From an uncultured Pelagibacteraceae bacterium (lineage in GTDB: Bacteria; Pseudomonadota; Alphaproteobacteria; Pelagibacterales; Pelagibacteraceae): a stretch of 64,000 nt of DNA. Location: the NCBI GenBank assembly GCA_902629575.1, contig CACORJ010000004.1:19509-83508 (forward strand), in the 5' to 3' direction. Position numbers and translations under genes: made by a program. Numbering within the stretch: the first letter of the stretch is position 1; the number at the start of each line of letters is the position of its first letter. Positions 19,564 through 30,186 of this stretch are shown piece by piece. The notes beneath the pieces are model-generated. The model had not been told where the DNA came from. It saw only the letters and a list, made by a program, of their open reading frames with translations, and did not search any database.

Positions 19564-20727
19564 ATGCAAAAATATAATTGGAATTATCCGACTAATATAT
19601 GGGTTGGTGAAAATAGAGTAAAAGATCTCGGTTTTGCTTGTAAAACTTTAAATATTAAAAAAGCTCTTTTCGTAACTGATAGCGGTTTAATTAATTCAGA
19701 TATTGTAAAAAAAACAATTAGTGAGCTAAAAATTAATGGAATTTATATTGAAATTTATTCTAAAGTAAAAAGTAATCCTACAGGTACAAATGTAACTGAG
19801 GGAGTAGAATTTTATAGAAAGAATCAGTGTGATGGTGTAATCGCTTTTGGCGGAGGTAGTGGGCTTGATGTAGGTAAAGCTATTGCTTTCATGATCGGTC
19901 AAACTTTACCGATATGGAGTTTTGTAGATGTGGGGGATAATTGGACAAAAGCTAATTCAAATGATATTGCTCCAATAATTGCAGTACCAACAACCGCAGG
20001 AACAGGCTCTGAAACAGGAAGAGCTTCCGTAATTCTTAACGAACAAACTGGGGTTAAAAATATAATCTTTCATCCAAAATTTTTACCTTCAATTGTAATT
20101 CTTGATCCAATCTTAACATTAGGTTTACCAAAAGAAATGACAGCAGCTACAGGAATGGATGCTTTAGCTCATAATCTAGAGGCATATTGTGCAGTAGGAT
20201 TTCATCCAATGGCCGATGGTATAGCATTAGAGGGAATGAAAATTATTTTTAAATGGTTGCCTAAAGCTTATGATGATGGATCTGATATTGAAGCTAGATT
20301 AAATATGTTGACAGCAGCTAGTATGGGATCAACTGCTTTTCAGAAAGGTTTAGGGGCAATTCATTCTTTAAGTCATCCTGTAAATGCATTAAATAATTTA
20401 CATCATGGATTATCAAATGCAATTTTTATGCCTTACGTTCTTACTTTCAATAAAGACTCTATCCAAGAGAAGATAATAAAACTTTGTGAATATTTAGAGC
20501 TTAAAGATACATCCTTTGAGGGATTTATTGATGCTATATTGTGTTTAAGAAAAAAATTAAATATTCCGCATAAAATAACAGATGTGATTGAAGAAAAAGA
20601 ATTACAATTAGATCGATTATCATCAATGGCATTTAAAGATCCGTCCACAAACGGAAATCCAAAAAAATTAAACGAAAGTGATATGAAGCTTATGTATCAA
20701 TATAGTATATCTGGAGAATTATTTTAA
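19564..20727 (+). CDS. Iron-containing alcohol dehydrogenase
   Basis: GGGSGLD, PTTAGTGSE, GMDALAHNLE, HHGLSN. Confidence 0.92.
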   Translation: MQKYNWNYPTNIWVGENRVKDLGFACKTLNIKKALFVTDSGLINSDIVKKTISELKINGIYIEIYSKVKSNPTGTNVTEGVEFYRKNQCDGVIAFGGGSGLDVGKAIAFMIGQTLPIWSFVDVGDNWTKANSNDIAPIIAVPTTAGTGSETGRASVILNEQTGVKNIIFHPKFLPSIVILDPILTLGLPKEMTAATGMDALAHNLEAYCAVGFHPMADGIALEGMKIIFKWLPKAYDDGSDIEARLNMLTAASMGSTAFQKGLGAIHSLSHPVNALNNLHHGLSNAIFMPYVLTFNKDSIQEKIIKLCEYLELKDTSFEGFIDAILCLRKKLNIPHKITDVIEEKELQLDRLSSMAFKDPSTNGNPKKLNESDMKLMYQYSISGELF

Positions 20728-20730
20728 TTT

Positions 20731-21522
20731 ATGAACAATCTTAAAATATTAATTGTTGAGGGAAATCCTAAAGAGGAAAATGATAGCTTTTCAAAGGCAG
20801 GAATAAAAACACACACTGAAAGCTTAAAAGAAAGTCTTAATTACTTTACCTCAGAAATTAATTATGAGGTGATAAATCCATCTTCTGATCAAAATATTAG
20901 TAGGATTATAAGTAAACTTCATACATATGATGGGTTAATTTGGGGAGGAAGCAGTCTAAATATCTATAACAATACACCAGAAATTAAAAAACAAATAGAG
21001 TTTATGAAAGAATGTCAAAAAAAAGTAAGAAATATTTTGGCTATTTGTTGGGGTTTACAAGTTGCAGTAACAGCTGCAGAAGGTGAGGTTAAAAAAGCAA
21101 ATAACTTTAATATTGGAATTTCTGAAGATATAATTATTAACAAGGTAGGTGTAAAACATTCTATTTATAAAAATAAATCCAATAATTTTAACACACCTGC
21201 ATTTAATTTTGATGAAGTTACAAAGCTTCCAAAAAACTCTATTTGTTTGGCTTCAAACATTAACAATAAAATACAAAGCCTTTATTTTGAAACATCTAAT
21301 TCTAAAATTTATGGTTTACAATATCATCCTGAAATAACTTACGAAAAAATGATTAGTTTAATTGAATTTAGGAAAGAGAAACTGATAAGTAATAGAAAAG
21401 CTTTCAAAAATGATCAAGAAGTTCAAAATCACATAAAATTTATTAAAAAAGAAGTTGATAAATCTAACGATGACCAAAGAATGATAGAATTAAAAAACTG
21501 GATAGATTTCATCAAAAATTAA
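20731..21522 (+). CDS. Type 1 glutamine amidotransferase-like protein
   Basis: AICWGLQ, QYHPE catalytic triad. Confidence 0.85.
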   Translation: MNNLKILIVEGNPKEENDSFSKAGIKTHTESLKESLNYFTSEINYEVINPSSDQNISRIISKLHTYDGLIWGGSSLNIYNNTPEIKKQIEFMKECQKKVRNILAICWGLQVAVTAAEGEVKKANNFNIGISEDIIINKVGVKHSIYKNKSNNFNTPAFNFDEVTKLPKNSICLASNINNKIQSLYFETSNSKIYGLQYHPEITYEKMISLIEFRKEKLISNRKAFKNDQEVQNHIKFIKKEVDKSNDDQRMIELKNWIDFIKN

Positions 21523-21559
21523 AAATTTTAATCCTAATAATTTAAGATATAATTTAATA

Positions 21560-22186
21560 ATGTGTGGAAGATATGTAATTACAAATCCTATCGCAAAAAC
21601 CACTTCATTAGTTAAAAAAGTAATTCAGATTGATGATTTTGAAAATTATAACGCTCATCCATATCAAAAACTACCAGTGATTAAAAAGTATAAGAATGGT
21701 AATACTTTAGAAAATTTAAAATGGGGTTTGGTTCCAGGTTGGGCAAAAGAAAAGTCTTTCAAAGCTTTGATAAACGCAAGATTAGAAACAATAGATGAAA
21801 AAGTTTCATTTAAAAAATTAATTAAAAATTTTCGATGTGTAGCCATTGCAGATGGTTTTTACGAATGGAAAAGAGAAGTAAAAGAAAAAACACCTTTTTA
21901 CTTTTTTAGAGAAGATAAAAAAACAATTTTTTTTGCTGGAATATACGAAAATGATCAATTTTGTTTAATTACAGAGGAAGCATCAAAAAGTATTGGAGAA
22001 ATTCACCATCGCCAGCCAGTAATACTTAACAAGGCAGATGTTAATCGTTATTTAAATTTGGAATTGTCAGGCTCAAATTTTTTAAAACAATGTCAAAAAC
22101 CTAGCTTAACTTTTCATAAAATTTCAAAAGATGTAAATAAACCAACTAATAACAGTGCGTCATTAATTCAAAAAATAAATATTTAG
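21560..22186 (+). CDS. SRAP family abasic-site protein (YedK/HMCES-like)
   Basis: MCGRY N-terminus, INARLET, GFYEW, IHHRQPVIL. Confidence 0.92.
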   Translation: MCGRYVITNPIAKTTSLVKKVIQIDDFENYNAHPYQKLPVIKKYKNGNTLENLKWGLVPGWAKEKSFKALINARLETIDEKVSFKKLIKNFRCVAIADGFYEWKREVKEKTPFYFFREDKKTIFFAGIYENDQFCLITEEASKSIGEIHHRQPVILNKADVNRYLNLELSGSNFLKQCQKPSLTFHKISKDVNKPTNNSASLIQKINI

Positions 22187-22225
22187 AAGTATGAGAATAC
22201 AAATATATTCAAATAATTAATTATT

Positions 22226-23338
22226 ATGCTTTCATACATTATTCCTTTTATTATTTTAATTTTAATAGTTGTATTTATTCATGAATATGGGCATTATTAT
22301 TTTGCTAAAAAATATGGTGTAGGTATAACAGATTTTTCAATAGGTTTTGGAAGAGAGATTATTGGTTGGAATGATAAATCTGGCACCAGGTGGAAAATCT
22401 GCTGGATTCCTTTAGGGGGTTATGTAAAATTTTTTGGCGATAGGAATGTTTATTCTCAAACGGATCAAAAAGAAATTTTAGAAAAATATAGTGAGGAAGA
22501 TCAAAAGAAATTATTTACGTTAAAACCATTATATCAAAGGTCTTTAATTGTTTTTGGCGGACCATTAGCAAATTTTTTGTTGGCTTTAGTAATTTTTTTT
22601 TCAATATATACATTTATTGGAAAAGATTTTACTCCTGCAGTTATTGAAGAAGTTCAAAAGGAAAGTCCAGCAATGATTGGGGGCCTTAAAGAAAATGATA
22701 TCATTCTAGAAATTGATGGTAACAAAGTTGAAAGTATAATGGATGTTTCTAAGTTTATAACTGTTTCTACAAATGAGTACTTAGATTTTAAAGTCAAAAG
22801 ATTCTCTGATGAAAAAATCTTAAGAATTAAACCTGACTTCATTATGGGTGAAGATAATCTTGGGAATGTATCTAAAAGAAGAATAGTTGGTATAAAATTA
22901 GGTGCTTATAACAATAAAATTAACCATGTAAAATTAGGTCCAACTCAAGCAATTATGCATGCGGTAAAAGAAGTCTATTTTGTCAGTATTTCTAGTCTTA
23001 AGTATATTGGAGGAATGATTATTGGAAAAGCTGATACATCTCAATTAGGAGGACCAATTCGTATTGCAAAAATTTCAGGTCAAGTTGCAGACATTGGAGT
23101 GTTGGCTTTTATAAGCATGATGGCTTACATTTCGATTAGTCTTGGTTTAGTTAACTTATTTCCTATTCCAATGCTTGATGGAGGACACTTAATGTTTTAT
23201 GCATTTGAAAAAGTTTTAGGCCGTCCACTTTCGCAAAAAACCCAAGAAAGTTTTTTTCGAATCGGTATGTTTTTACTGATAACTTTAATGTTTTTCACAA
23301 CTTTTAATGATCTAAAAGACATTGGATTGTTAAGGTAA
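22226..23338 (+). CDS. rseP: RIP metalloprotease RseP
   Basis: HEYGH, PLGGYVK, PDZ domain, NLFPIPMLDGG. Confidence 0.93.
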   Translation: MLSYIIPFIILILIVVFIHEYGHYYFAKKYGVGITDFSIGFGREIIGWNDKSGTRWKICWIPLGGYVKFFGDRNVYSQTDQKEILEKYSEEDQKKLFTLKPLYQRSLIVFGGPLANFLLALVIFFSIYTFIGKDFTPAVIEEVQKESPAMIGGLKENDIILEIDGNKVESIMDVSKFITVSTNEYLDFKVKRFSDEKILRIKPDFIMGEDNLGNVSKRRIVGIKLGAYNNKINHVKLGPTQAIMHAVKEVYFVSISSLKYIGGMIIGKADTSQLGGPIRIAKISGQVADIGVLAFISMMAYISISLGLVNLFPIPMLDGGHLMFYAFEKVLGRPLSQKTQESFFRIGMFLLITLMFFTTFNDLKDIGLLR

Positions 23339-23492
23339 AAAAAATTGGAATTTTAAAAAAACTCAATAAAATCAACAAATTTTTCATATTTTACTATATA
23401 TGGTATCTTAAATTTTTGTGGCTACTAAAAAAAAGGTTGATTTATATGGGTTTTTTTGAAAGATAGATTTAACCAATAAAACCGGAGCTAAA

Positions 23493-23768
23493 ATGAACAA
23501 AAAACAACTAATCGTAAAGCTTTCAGGAGCATTGAATTTAAGTAAAGCTGATGCTGAAAGGACTTTCGATACAATAACCAATACTATTTTGGATGCTTTA
23601 AAAGGTGATGATTCAGTGAAGATTGCAGGATTTGGAACTTATAAAGTAGCTAAAAGAAAAGCAAGAGTAGGAAGAAACCCTAGGACTGGTGAGCAAATTC
23701 AAATTGCAGCATCACAAAAAGTTAAATTTTTACCTGCGAAAGCTTTAAAAGAAGTTTTTAATAGATAA
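23493..23768 (+). CDS. hup: DNA-binding protein HU
   Basis: MNKKQLI, GFGTY, GRNPRTGE. Confidence 0.95.
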   Translation: MNKKQLIVKLSGALNLSKADAERTFDTITNTILDALKGDDSVKIAGFGTYKVAKRKARVGRNPRTGEQIQIAASQKVKFLPAKALKEVFNR

Positions 23769-23777
23769 TATTTTTTT

Positions 23778-23811
23778 ACAGCCTTAATGTATTTTGCATT
23801 AAGGCTGTTTC
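23778..23811 (+). terminator. Intrinsic terminator after hup
   Basis: acagccttaatg/cattaaggctgt 12-bp stem. Confidence 0.8.
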
Positions 23812-23904
23812 TATATGCAGATACTGCATAGCACTTTTTCTCAATAAACGTTAGTTATAAAAAAAATAAAAAAATATAAGGGCTCATAAATCATGGGAGG
23901 TTTT

Positions 23905-25206
23905 ATGAATAAATTATTTAAAAAAATAAGTGCGCCGCTTATTAGTTTAATTTTTTTATTAAATATGAGTAGTGCAGGGATGGCAGAAACAACTGTTTCA
24001 GCAGAAGTAGGTTTTATATTTAACACACTATTATTCTTAATTTGTGGGTTCTTAGTAATGTTTATGGCAGCTGGATTCGCTATGTTAGAATCAGGAATGG
24101 TTACATCAAAAAGTGTATCGGTTATTTGCGCCAAAAATATAGGGTTATTCTCTATTGCAGGAATTATGTTCTGGTTGGTAGGTTATAATTTAGCTTATGG
24201 AATTCCAGAGGGTGGTTATATTGGAAAATTTATACCATGGTCAGATGCTAGTGCCGTAGATACAGGATATTCAGATGGTTCAGATTGGTATTTCCAAATG
24301 GTATTCTGCGCAACAACAGTTTCAATTGTTTCAGGAACGATGGCAGAAAGAATTAAATTATGGCCATTCTTCGTATTTGCTGCAATTTTATCTGGAATTA
24401 TTTATCCAATCGTAATGGGTTGGCAGTGGGGTGGAGGCTGGTTAGCTGAATTAGGTTTTTCTGATTTTGCTGGATCAACTCTAGTACACTCAACTGGTGG
24501 TGCCGCAGCTTTAGCTGGTGCGATGATAATTGGTCCTAGACTAGGAAGATTTACTAAGTCTGGTGCTCCAGCACCTCTTAAACCATTTGCAGCTTCATCA
24601 ATTCCATTAGTGACAATTGGAGTATTTATTTTATGGCTAGGTTGGTTTGGTTTTAATGGTGGATCACAATTAGCAATTGGAAGTGCTGTTGATGCAATTG
24701 CTGTATCGACAATTTTCATAAATACATTTTTAGCAGGTGCAGGAGGAGTAATAGGTGCTGCTGTAATTACAAGATTACATTTTGGTAAAACAGACGTGGT
24801 TCAAATGTTAAATGGATGTATTGGTGGATTAGTAGCAATCACAGCCGAACCATTAGCGCCATCACCTTTTGCAGCAATTTTAATTGGTGCTGTAGGTGGT
24901 TTAATTGTTGTTTATGGCACTAAATTATTATTTTCATTAAAAATTGACGATGTAGTAGGTGCAGTACCAGCACACTTATTTGCAGGGATTTGGGGAACAT
25001 TGATCGTTCCAGCTACAAATTCTGATGCTGTATTTAGTTCGCAATTAATTGGAGTGTTATCGGTAAATATATTTGTATTCATAGTTGCATATATTGTATT
25101 TAGTTTTATGAAAGCAACCATTGGTTTAAGGTTAAGTAAAGAAGGAGAAACTAAAGGTACAGACGTTACCGAGACAGGCGTAATTGCATATGCAATTCGT
25201 GATTAG
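23905..25206 (+). CDS. amtB: Ammonium transporter
   Basis: DFAGSTLVH, WFGFNGGS, IDDVVGAVPAH; GGAGG SD before ATG 23905. Confidence 0.96.
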   Translation: MNKLFKKISAPLISLIFLLNMSSAGMAETTVSAEVGFIFNTLLFLICGFLVMFMAAGFAMLESGMVTSKSVSVICAKNIGLFSIAGIMFWLVGYNLAYGIPEGGYIGKFIPWSDASAVDTGYSDGSDWYFQMVFCATTVSIVSGTMAERIKLWPFFVFAAILSGIIYPIVMGWQWGGGWLAELGFSDFAGSTLVHSTGGAAALAGAMIIGPRLGRFTKSGAPAPLKPFAASSIPLVTIGVFILWLGWFGFNGGSQLAIGSAVDAIAVSTIFINTFLAGAGGVIGAAVITRLHFGKTDVVQMLNGCIGGLVAITAEPLAPSPFAAILIGAVGGLIVVYGTKLLFSLKIDDVVGAVPAHLFAGIWGTLIVPATNSDAVFSSQLIGVLSVNIFVFIVAYIVFSFMKATIGLRLSKEGETKGTDVTETGVIAYAIRD

Positions 25207-25221
25207 ATTCGACATCTCATT

Positions 25222-25258
25222 AAATTAAAGGCCCTTAACTAGAGGGCCTTTAATTTTA
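25222..25258. terminator. Bidirectional intrinsic terminator
   Basis: aaattaaaggccct/agggcctttaattt stem between convergent genes. Confidence 0.85.
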
Positions 25259-25272
25259 ATTTTAGATAAATT

Positions 25273-25857
25273 TTAATTTACAAACTCCTCGATAGCATAT
25301 TCCAACCTATCTTGACCCCAGAAAATTTTATTATTAACTATGAAAGTAGGAGCACCGAATACTTTTTTATTAAAGGCTTCATTAGTTAATTTTTTTAATT
25401 GATCTTTAATATTCTCATTTTGAATTCCATTCAGGATATTTGCTTTATCAAATCCTAAATTATCTAAAATATGCAAAAAATTCTCACTTTTTGATAAGTT
25501 ATTATTATCTTTCCAATAAGCATCAAAGAAACCATTCAAATATTTTTCTTTAAATTGGTTTTCTATTAAAATGAAACCTCTCATAATATTTATCGAATTG
25601 ATTGGAAAATTAGTATTCCATTGAAAATCAATATTATTTTTTTTTGCTACAAGCTCACAATCATTTTTCATATTTAACATTTTAAATTCATTAAAAGCAG
25701 GCGCAGTAATACCTGCTAGTTTATGAAGTCCTCCTAATAGGATAGGTTTTAATGTAAATTTAATTTTATTATCTGAATAATCATTTTTTATTCTTTTATA
25801 AGCAATATAGGAATAGGGGCTTATTACATCAAAATAAAAATCTATAGATTTAGTCAT
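25273..25857 (-). CDS. 2-hydroxychromene-2-carboxylate isomerase / kappa-GST (DsbA fold)
   Basis: FYFDVISPYSY, FGAPTF, FWGQDRL. Confidence 0.9.
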   Translation of the reverse strand: MTKSIDFYFDVISPYSYIAYKRIKNDYSDNKIKFTLKPILLGGLHKLAGITAPAFNEFKMLNMKNDCELVAKKNNIDFQWNTNFPINSINIMRGFILIENQFKEKYLNGFFDAYWKDNNNLSKSENFLHILDNLGFDKANILNGIQNENIKDQLKKLTNEAFNKKVFGAPTFIVNNKIFWGQDRLEYAIEEFVN

Positions 25858-26323
25858 ATAGATTAATTCTTTTTGCATAAAAAATTCTTAATATCCAATA
25901 TACAAATATTCCAATTGGTCCTATTAAATAAGTGATTACTAAAGGGAATGCTAAAAGAAATTTATTCACTTGAAATTTTTGGGAATCTTTTAAAATCCAT
26001 CCACCGATAAATAAATTTACCGATACAAAATGTATCCAAAACATTAAAAGATAAAACTCATTTTGAAATAACTCAGAAACATAGCTTAGGCCCAAGTAAA
26101 GATTAAAATTCTCAATAAAATCAAATGAATTGAAATATGCTTTGTATAACACAAAAACGTATACTGCTGACAATAGAAATACAGGAATTATTGAAACTGC
26201 TAAAAATCGACATAGATGTGACTGAGGAAAAAATATTATTAATAACCAAAATGGTAAAACGCCTATGTTCACCCATAAATAGAGCATTTCAGTTGTAAAG
26301 TAGTTATAAATTTGTTCGATCAT
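25850..26323 (-). CDS. ABA4-like (DUF4281) membrane protein
   Basis: LPFWLLIIFFP, WIHFVSVNLFIGGW, GPIG. Confidence 0.8.
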   Translation of the reverse strand: MIEQIYNYFTTEMLYLWVNIGVLPFWLLIIFFPQSHLCRFLAVSIIPVFLLSAVYVFVLYKAYFNSFDFIENFNLYLGLSYVSELFQNEFYLLMFWIHFVSVNLFIGGWILKDSQKFQVNKFLLAFPLVITYLIGPIGIFVYWILRIFYAKRINLYD

Positions 26324-26351
26324 TTTAAAATATATTATATTAGATCATATT

Positions 26352-26915
26352 ATGATTCCTATAAGAAATAAAAAAAAATCTTTAAAAGTAACAGTCGATG
26401 AGATGCGTAGTTTTGCTTTTGCTTATGTTGAAAAATATGCACCATCTAAACAACAACTTAAAACCTATCTTTTGAAAAAATATTTAAAAACATCAATATC
26501 AAAGGTGAAAAAAAATGATGTATCAGATTTAATTGATATTGTTTTATCTGATTTAGAAAAAAATAAATTTATAAATGATAAATTTTATTCTGAAAGTAAA
26601 GCGAAAAGCTTAATACAAAACGGCAGTTCAATTAATAAAATAAGAAATTATTTGATTGGAAAAGGAATTCAAAATGAGTTTATTAAAGATACAATAAATA
26701 AGATAAATGATGAAAATTCAGACCAAGATTTTTTTTCTGCGCTTAAAATTTGTAAAAAAAAAAGAATTGGTCCAGCTAGAACAGAAGATAATAGATCTTT
26801 ATTTTATAAAAAAGATATTTCACTTTTAGCACGTAATGGTTTTGATTTTGAAACATCGAAGAAAATTATGGATTTAAAAAAAGATGAATATTTGAAAATG
26901 ATAAATTTACTTTAA
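26352..26915 (+). CDS. recX: RecX family regulator
   Basis: INDKFYSE, GSSINKIRNYLIGKGI, LARNGF. Confidence 0.8.
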   Translation: MIPIRNKKKSLKVTVDEMRSFAFAYVEKYAPSKQQLKTYLLKKYLKTSISKVKKNDVSDLIDIVLSDLEKNKFINDKFYSESKAKSLIQNGSSINKIRNYLIGKGIQNEFIKDTINKINDENSDQDFFSALKICKKKRIGPARTEDNRSLFYKKDISLLARNGFDFETSKKIMDLKKDEYLKMINLL

Positions 26916-27047
26916 CTTTTTTTTTTCATTTTTAACTAAGTTATCAATTTTATTTTTAAGATAATTTTTTACTAAAACAAATACAAGTAATCCAAAAATA
27001 GAAACAGACACAATAATAATTAAAACGATTCTTAGTTGTTCATCCAT
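26907..27047 (-). CDS. Small single-TM protein (46 aa; not in ORF track)
   Basis: MDEQLRIVLIIIVSVSIFGLLVFVLVKNYLK...; overlaps the cysQ 3' end and fills the gap. Confidence 0.5.
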   Translation of the reverse strand: MDEQLRIVLIIIVSVSIFGLLVFVLVKNYLKNKIDNLVKNEKKKLK

Positions 27048-27820
27048 TCAATTAATTTTTTACTTTTTAGAATTATACTTGGATTTTTAAAGTCTTTTTT
27101 ACCATACAGAATCTCTTTATTCTCAAAATCTGTGACTAATCCTCCTGAATGAAGCAATATAGCATGACCTGCCGCAATATCCCATTCTTTTGCTCTGGGT
27201 TCAGCGACATAGCCATCATATTCACCAGTCGCTACAACACAAAATTTCAAAGAACTTTTCATTCTTGAGAAATTTTTCACTTTCATTTTATCAAAAATTT
27301 CTTTAATTTCTGGCTTAATTTTATTTGAGTAAGCAACAAACTTGATGTTGTTACGATCAAAAGACTTATCTCCATTAAGTTTTATTTCTTTTTTACTAAA
27401 GAGTTCATATGCTTGACCCTTACCATAAGAATAGAACATTCTCTTTTTTGCTGGAGCATAAATTAGTCCCGCAGCAGGTTTTTGATCAATTATTAAACCT
27501 GCATTAATTGTAAACTCATCTAAATTATTTATATAGTCATAAGTTCCATCAATTGGATCAACTAACCAAAAATTCTTTAAATTTTTCATCAATTTATTTT
27601 CTGAAGTTTCTTCTGAAATAATTGGAATTGATGGTGTCAATTCTTTTAACTTTTTAAGAATTATTTTGTTTACCTCTAAATCACCATTACTTACAGGAGT
27701 GCCATCATTTTTAATATTTTGTGTAAGTCCTTTCTTTCTTAAATCAATTGAAATTTGACCAGCCATTAAAAAAGTATCAATTAAATTTTTTACTACTTTT
27801 TCAATATTAATTTTTGTCAT
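27032..27820 (-). CDS. cysQ: 3'(2'),5'-bisphosphate nucleotidase CysQ
   Basis: ISEE, WLVDPIDGT, SSLKFC, EWDIAAG. Confidence 0.88.
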   Translation of the reverse strand: MTKINIEKVVKNLIDTFLMAGQISIDLRKKGLTQNIKNDGTPVSNGDLEVNKIILKKLKELTPSIPIISEETSENKLMKNLKNFWLVDPIDGTYDYINNLDEFTINAGLIIDQKPAAGLIYAPAKKRMFYSYGKGQAYELFSKKEIKLNGDKSFDRNNIKFVAYSNKIKPEIKEIFDKMKVKNFSRMKSSLKFCVVATGEYDGYVAEPRAKEWDIAAGHAILLHSGGLVTDFENKEILYGKKDFKNPSIILKSKKLIEWMNN

Positions 27821-27983
27821 TTATTTTCTTAAGTTCAATATTATTAGAATTGATAACTTTTTTACCCACATTCTCAAAATTTACAGTAACCTTATCCTTA
27901 ATTACCGACTGAACTTGCCCAATACCCCATTCTTTAGCTGATGGATTGTAAACTTTGTCACCTGGTTCAAAATCTAATATCAT
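27807..27983 (-). CDS. DUF3553 family small protein (58 aa; not in ORF track)
   Basis: FEPGDKV...WGIGQVQS...[13 protein letters not shown]. Confidence 0.8.
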   Translation of the reverse strand: MILDFEPGDKVYNPSAKEWGIGQVQSVIKDKVTVNFENVGKKVINSNNIELKKINDKN

Positions 27984-28023
27984 TTATTTAACTTATATTA
28001 GAAATAAGTATAAATACCAGATA

Positions 28024-29139
28024 ATGAACGCACAATTAAACTCAATAGGATTATCAAAAAAACCATCTGATACAACTGTTGTTGTTGCAATGTCAGGTGG
28101 AGTTGATTCATCAACAGTTGCAGGAATGATGAAAAGAGATGGTTATAATGTAATTGGAATTACCTTAAAACTTTATGATAATGGTAAGGAGGTTGTTTCA
28201 TCTAAACAATGTTGTTCAGGTCAAGATATCATAGATGCAAAAAGAGTTGCACACAAACTTGGAATTGAACACAAAATTTTATACTATCAAAATAAATTTA
28301 AACAAGGAGTTATAGATAATTTTGTTGAAAGTTATTTAAAGGGTGAAACACCAATACCTTGTGTTCAATGTAACCAAACTGTAAAATTTAAAGATTTGTT
28401 TGAAGTTTCAAAAGAATTAAAAGCTGATGCTTTAATCACAGGCCATTATGTAAAAAGTATAACTTCTGACGGTGAAACTAATATGTATCGTGCAATTGAT
28501 GAAAATAGAGACCAAAGTTATTTTTTATTCAATACAACCAGAGAACAATTAAACTATCTAAGATTCCCTCTTGGAGGAATGCTTAAAGACGAGACCAGAT
28601 TAATTGCAAAAAAATTGGATTTAAATGTTGCTAATAAACCTGACAGTCAAGACATATGTTTTGTTCCAAGTGGAGATTATGCATCTGTAATAAGAAAATT
28701 CAGGCCTGACTCTTTCAAAAAAGGAAACATTAAAAATCTTGACGGTAAAGTAATTGGGGTCCATGATGGAATAATTAATTTTACAATTGGTCAACGAAAA
28801 GGAATAAAAGTTTCTGATGTTGAACCTTTATATGTTTTGAAAATTGATTCTGATAAAAATGAAATCATAGTGGGTCCAAAAAATAAACTAGGAAAAAAAA
28901 ATATTAATATTAATAATTTAAATTTACTTGTTGATAAAAAATATCTATCAAAACAAATTTTTGTAAAAGTAAGATCAACAGGTAAATTGTTAAACGCCAC
29001 TGTTAATCTTAAAGATAATAACACAGCAGAGGTAAATTTAAGAGATTTCGAGGATGGAATTTCCCCCGGACAAGCTTGTGTTTTTTATGATCTTGATAAA
29101 CAAGGTCATAAAGTTTTAGGTGGTGGATGGATTATTTGA
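28024..29139 (+). CDS. mnmA: tRNA 2-thiouridylase MnmA
   Basis: [33 protein letters not shown]; ATG 28024 avoids overlap with the DUF3553 gene. Confidence 0.96.
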   Translation: MNAQLNSIGLSKKPSDTTVVVAMSGGVDSSTVAGMMKRDGYNVIGITLKLYDNGKEVVSSKQCCSGQDIIDAKRVAHKLGIEHKILYYQNKFKQGVIDNFVESYLKGETPIPCVQCNQTVKFKDLFEVSKELKADALITGHYVKSITSDGETNMYRAIDENRDQSYFLFNTTREQLNYLRFPLGGMLKDETRLIAKKLDLNVANKPDSQDICFVPSGDYASVIRKFRPDSFKKGNIKNLDGKVIGVHDGIINFTIGQRKGIKVSDVEPLYVLKIDSDKNEIIVGPKNKLGKKNININNLNLLVDKKYLSKQIFVKVRSTGKLLNATVNLKDNNTAEVNLRDFEDGISPGQACVFYDLDKQGHKVLGGGWII

Positions 29140-29163
29140 TAAAAAGTTTAATTAATTGTTTTT

Positions 29164-30171
29164 ATGGTTAAATGGGGCGTTTTAGGTTTGGGTGGAGCTG
29201 CACACTCATTTGCACATGCAATCCAAGAAGTAGATAATGCGGAATTAATTTCTATCGCTAGCCAATCAAAAAATAGAAATAATATTTTTGGTAAAAAATT
29301 TAATATATCTCGAAATAATCAATTTAATTCCTATGAAGATCTTATCAATCAAAAGGATTTAGATGCTGTTTATATAGCTACTCTCAATAACACACACTCA
29401 AATTTAATTTATAAAATTGCTGAGGCAAAAAAAGGCATTTTATGCGAAAAACCTTTTGCCTTAAATGAAACAGAATTAAATAATGTAATTACACAATTAA
29501 ATAAAACAAAAGTTTTTTTTTTGGAAAATATCGCATATAGATCTCACCCACAAACGTCTGAAATACTAAATCAATTATCAAATGATAATATTGGCGATAT
29601 ATTAAAAATCGAGTCGAGTTTTGGATTTAGGGTAAGACAAATACTCAAATTTAAACCAGGACACAGACTTTTTAATAAAAAATTAGGCGGTGGTGCAATT
29701 AATGACATTGGTTGTTATCCAGTTTCATTCTCAATTTTATTGGCCAAGTTGTTTCAAAAACAAAATAAAGATATTTCATATAATATTATCAAAGCAAATG
29801 GAAAAATGAATTTTAGAGGAACTGACGATGATGCGTTTCTCAAAATTAAATTTAATAATCTTTTTGAAGCGAATTTTGAAATTTCAATAAAAAGAAATAT
29901 AAGAAAACCAACAATAATCTATGGTACTAAGGGTAAAATAATTATTCCAAATCCTTGGCTTCCAAATAAGAAAACAAGCATTGAGCTTATTAGGGATGAA
30001 GATAAAGAAATAAAGAATATTAGCTCAATTTATTCAGTTTATGCAAATACTATTAAAGCTGCATCAGATGCTATTGAGAAAAATAATATTTATTGTGAAT
30101 ATCCAAATATGAGTTGGCAAGACTCAATTATTACATCAAAGATTTTAAATGAATGGAAAAATTCTATATAA
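29164..30171 (+). CDS. Gfo/Idh/MocA oxidoreductase
   Basis: WGVLGLG, LCEKP, GGGAINDIGCY. Confidence 0.9.
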   Translation: MVKWGVLGLGGAAHSFAHAIQEVDNAELISIASQSKNRNNIFGKKFNISRNNQFNSYEDLINQKDLDAVYIATLNNTHSNLIYKIAEAKKGILCEKPFALNETELNNVITQLNKTKVFFLENIAYRSHPQTSEILNQLSNDNIGDILKIESSFGFRVRQILKFKPGHRLFNKKLGGGAINDIGCYPVSFSILLAKLFQKQNKDISYNIIKANGKMNFRGTDDDAFLKIKFNNLFEANFEISIKRNIRKPTIIYGTKGKIIIPNPWLPNKKTSIELIRDEDKEIKNISSIYSVYANTIKAASDAIEKNNIYCEYPNMSWQDSIITSKILNEWKNSI

Positions 30172-30186
30172 TCAATTTATTTAAAG

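Noticed and set aside
21560-22186. SRAP gene as a prophage marker
   Set aside because: No integrase, structural genes or att repeats nearby; flanked by housekeeping genes
27955-28023. N-terminal extension of mnmA in the track
   Set aside because: Overlaps the divergent DUF3553 gene; ATG 28024 is more plausible
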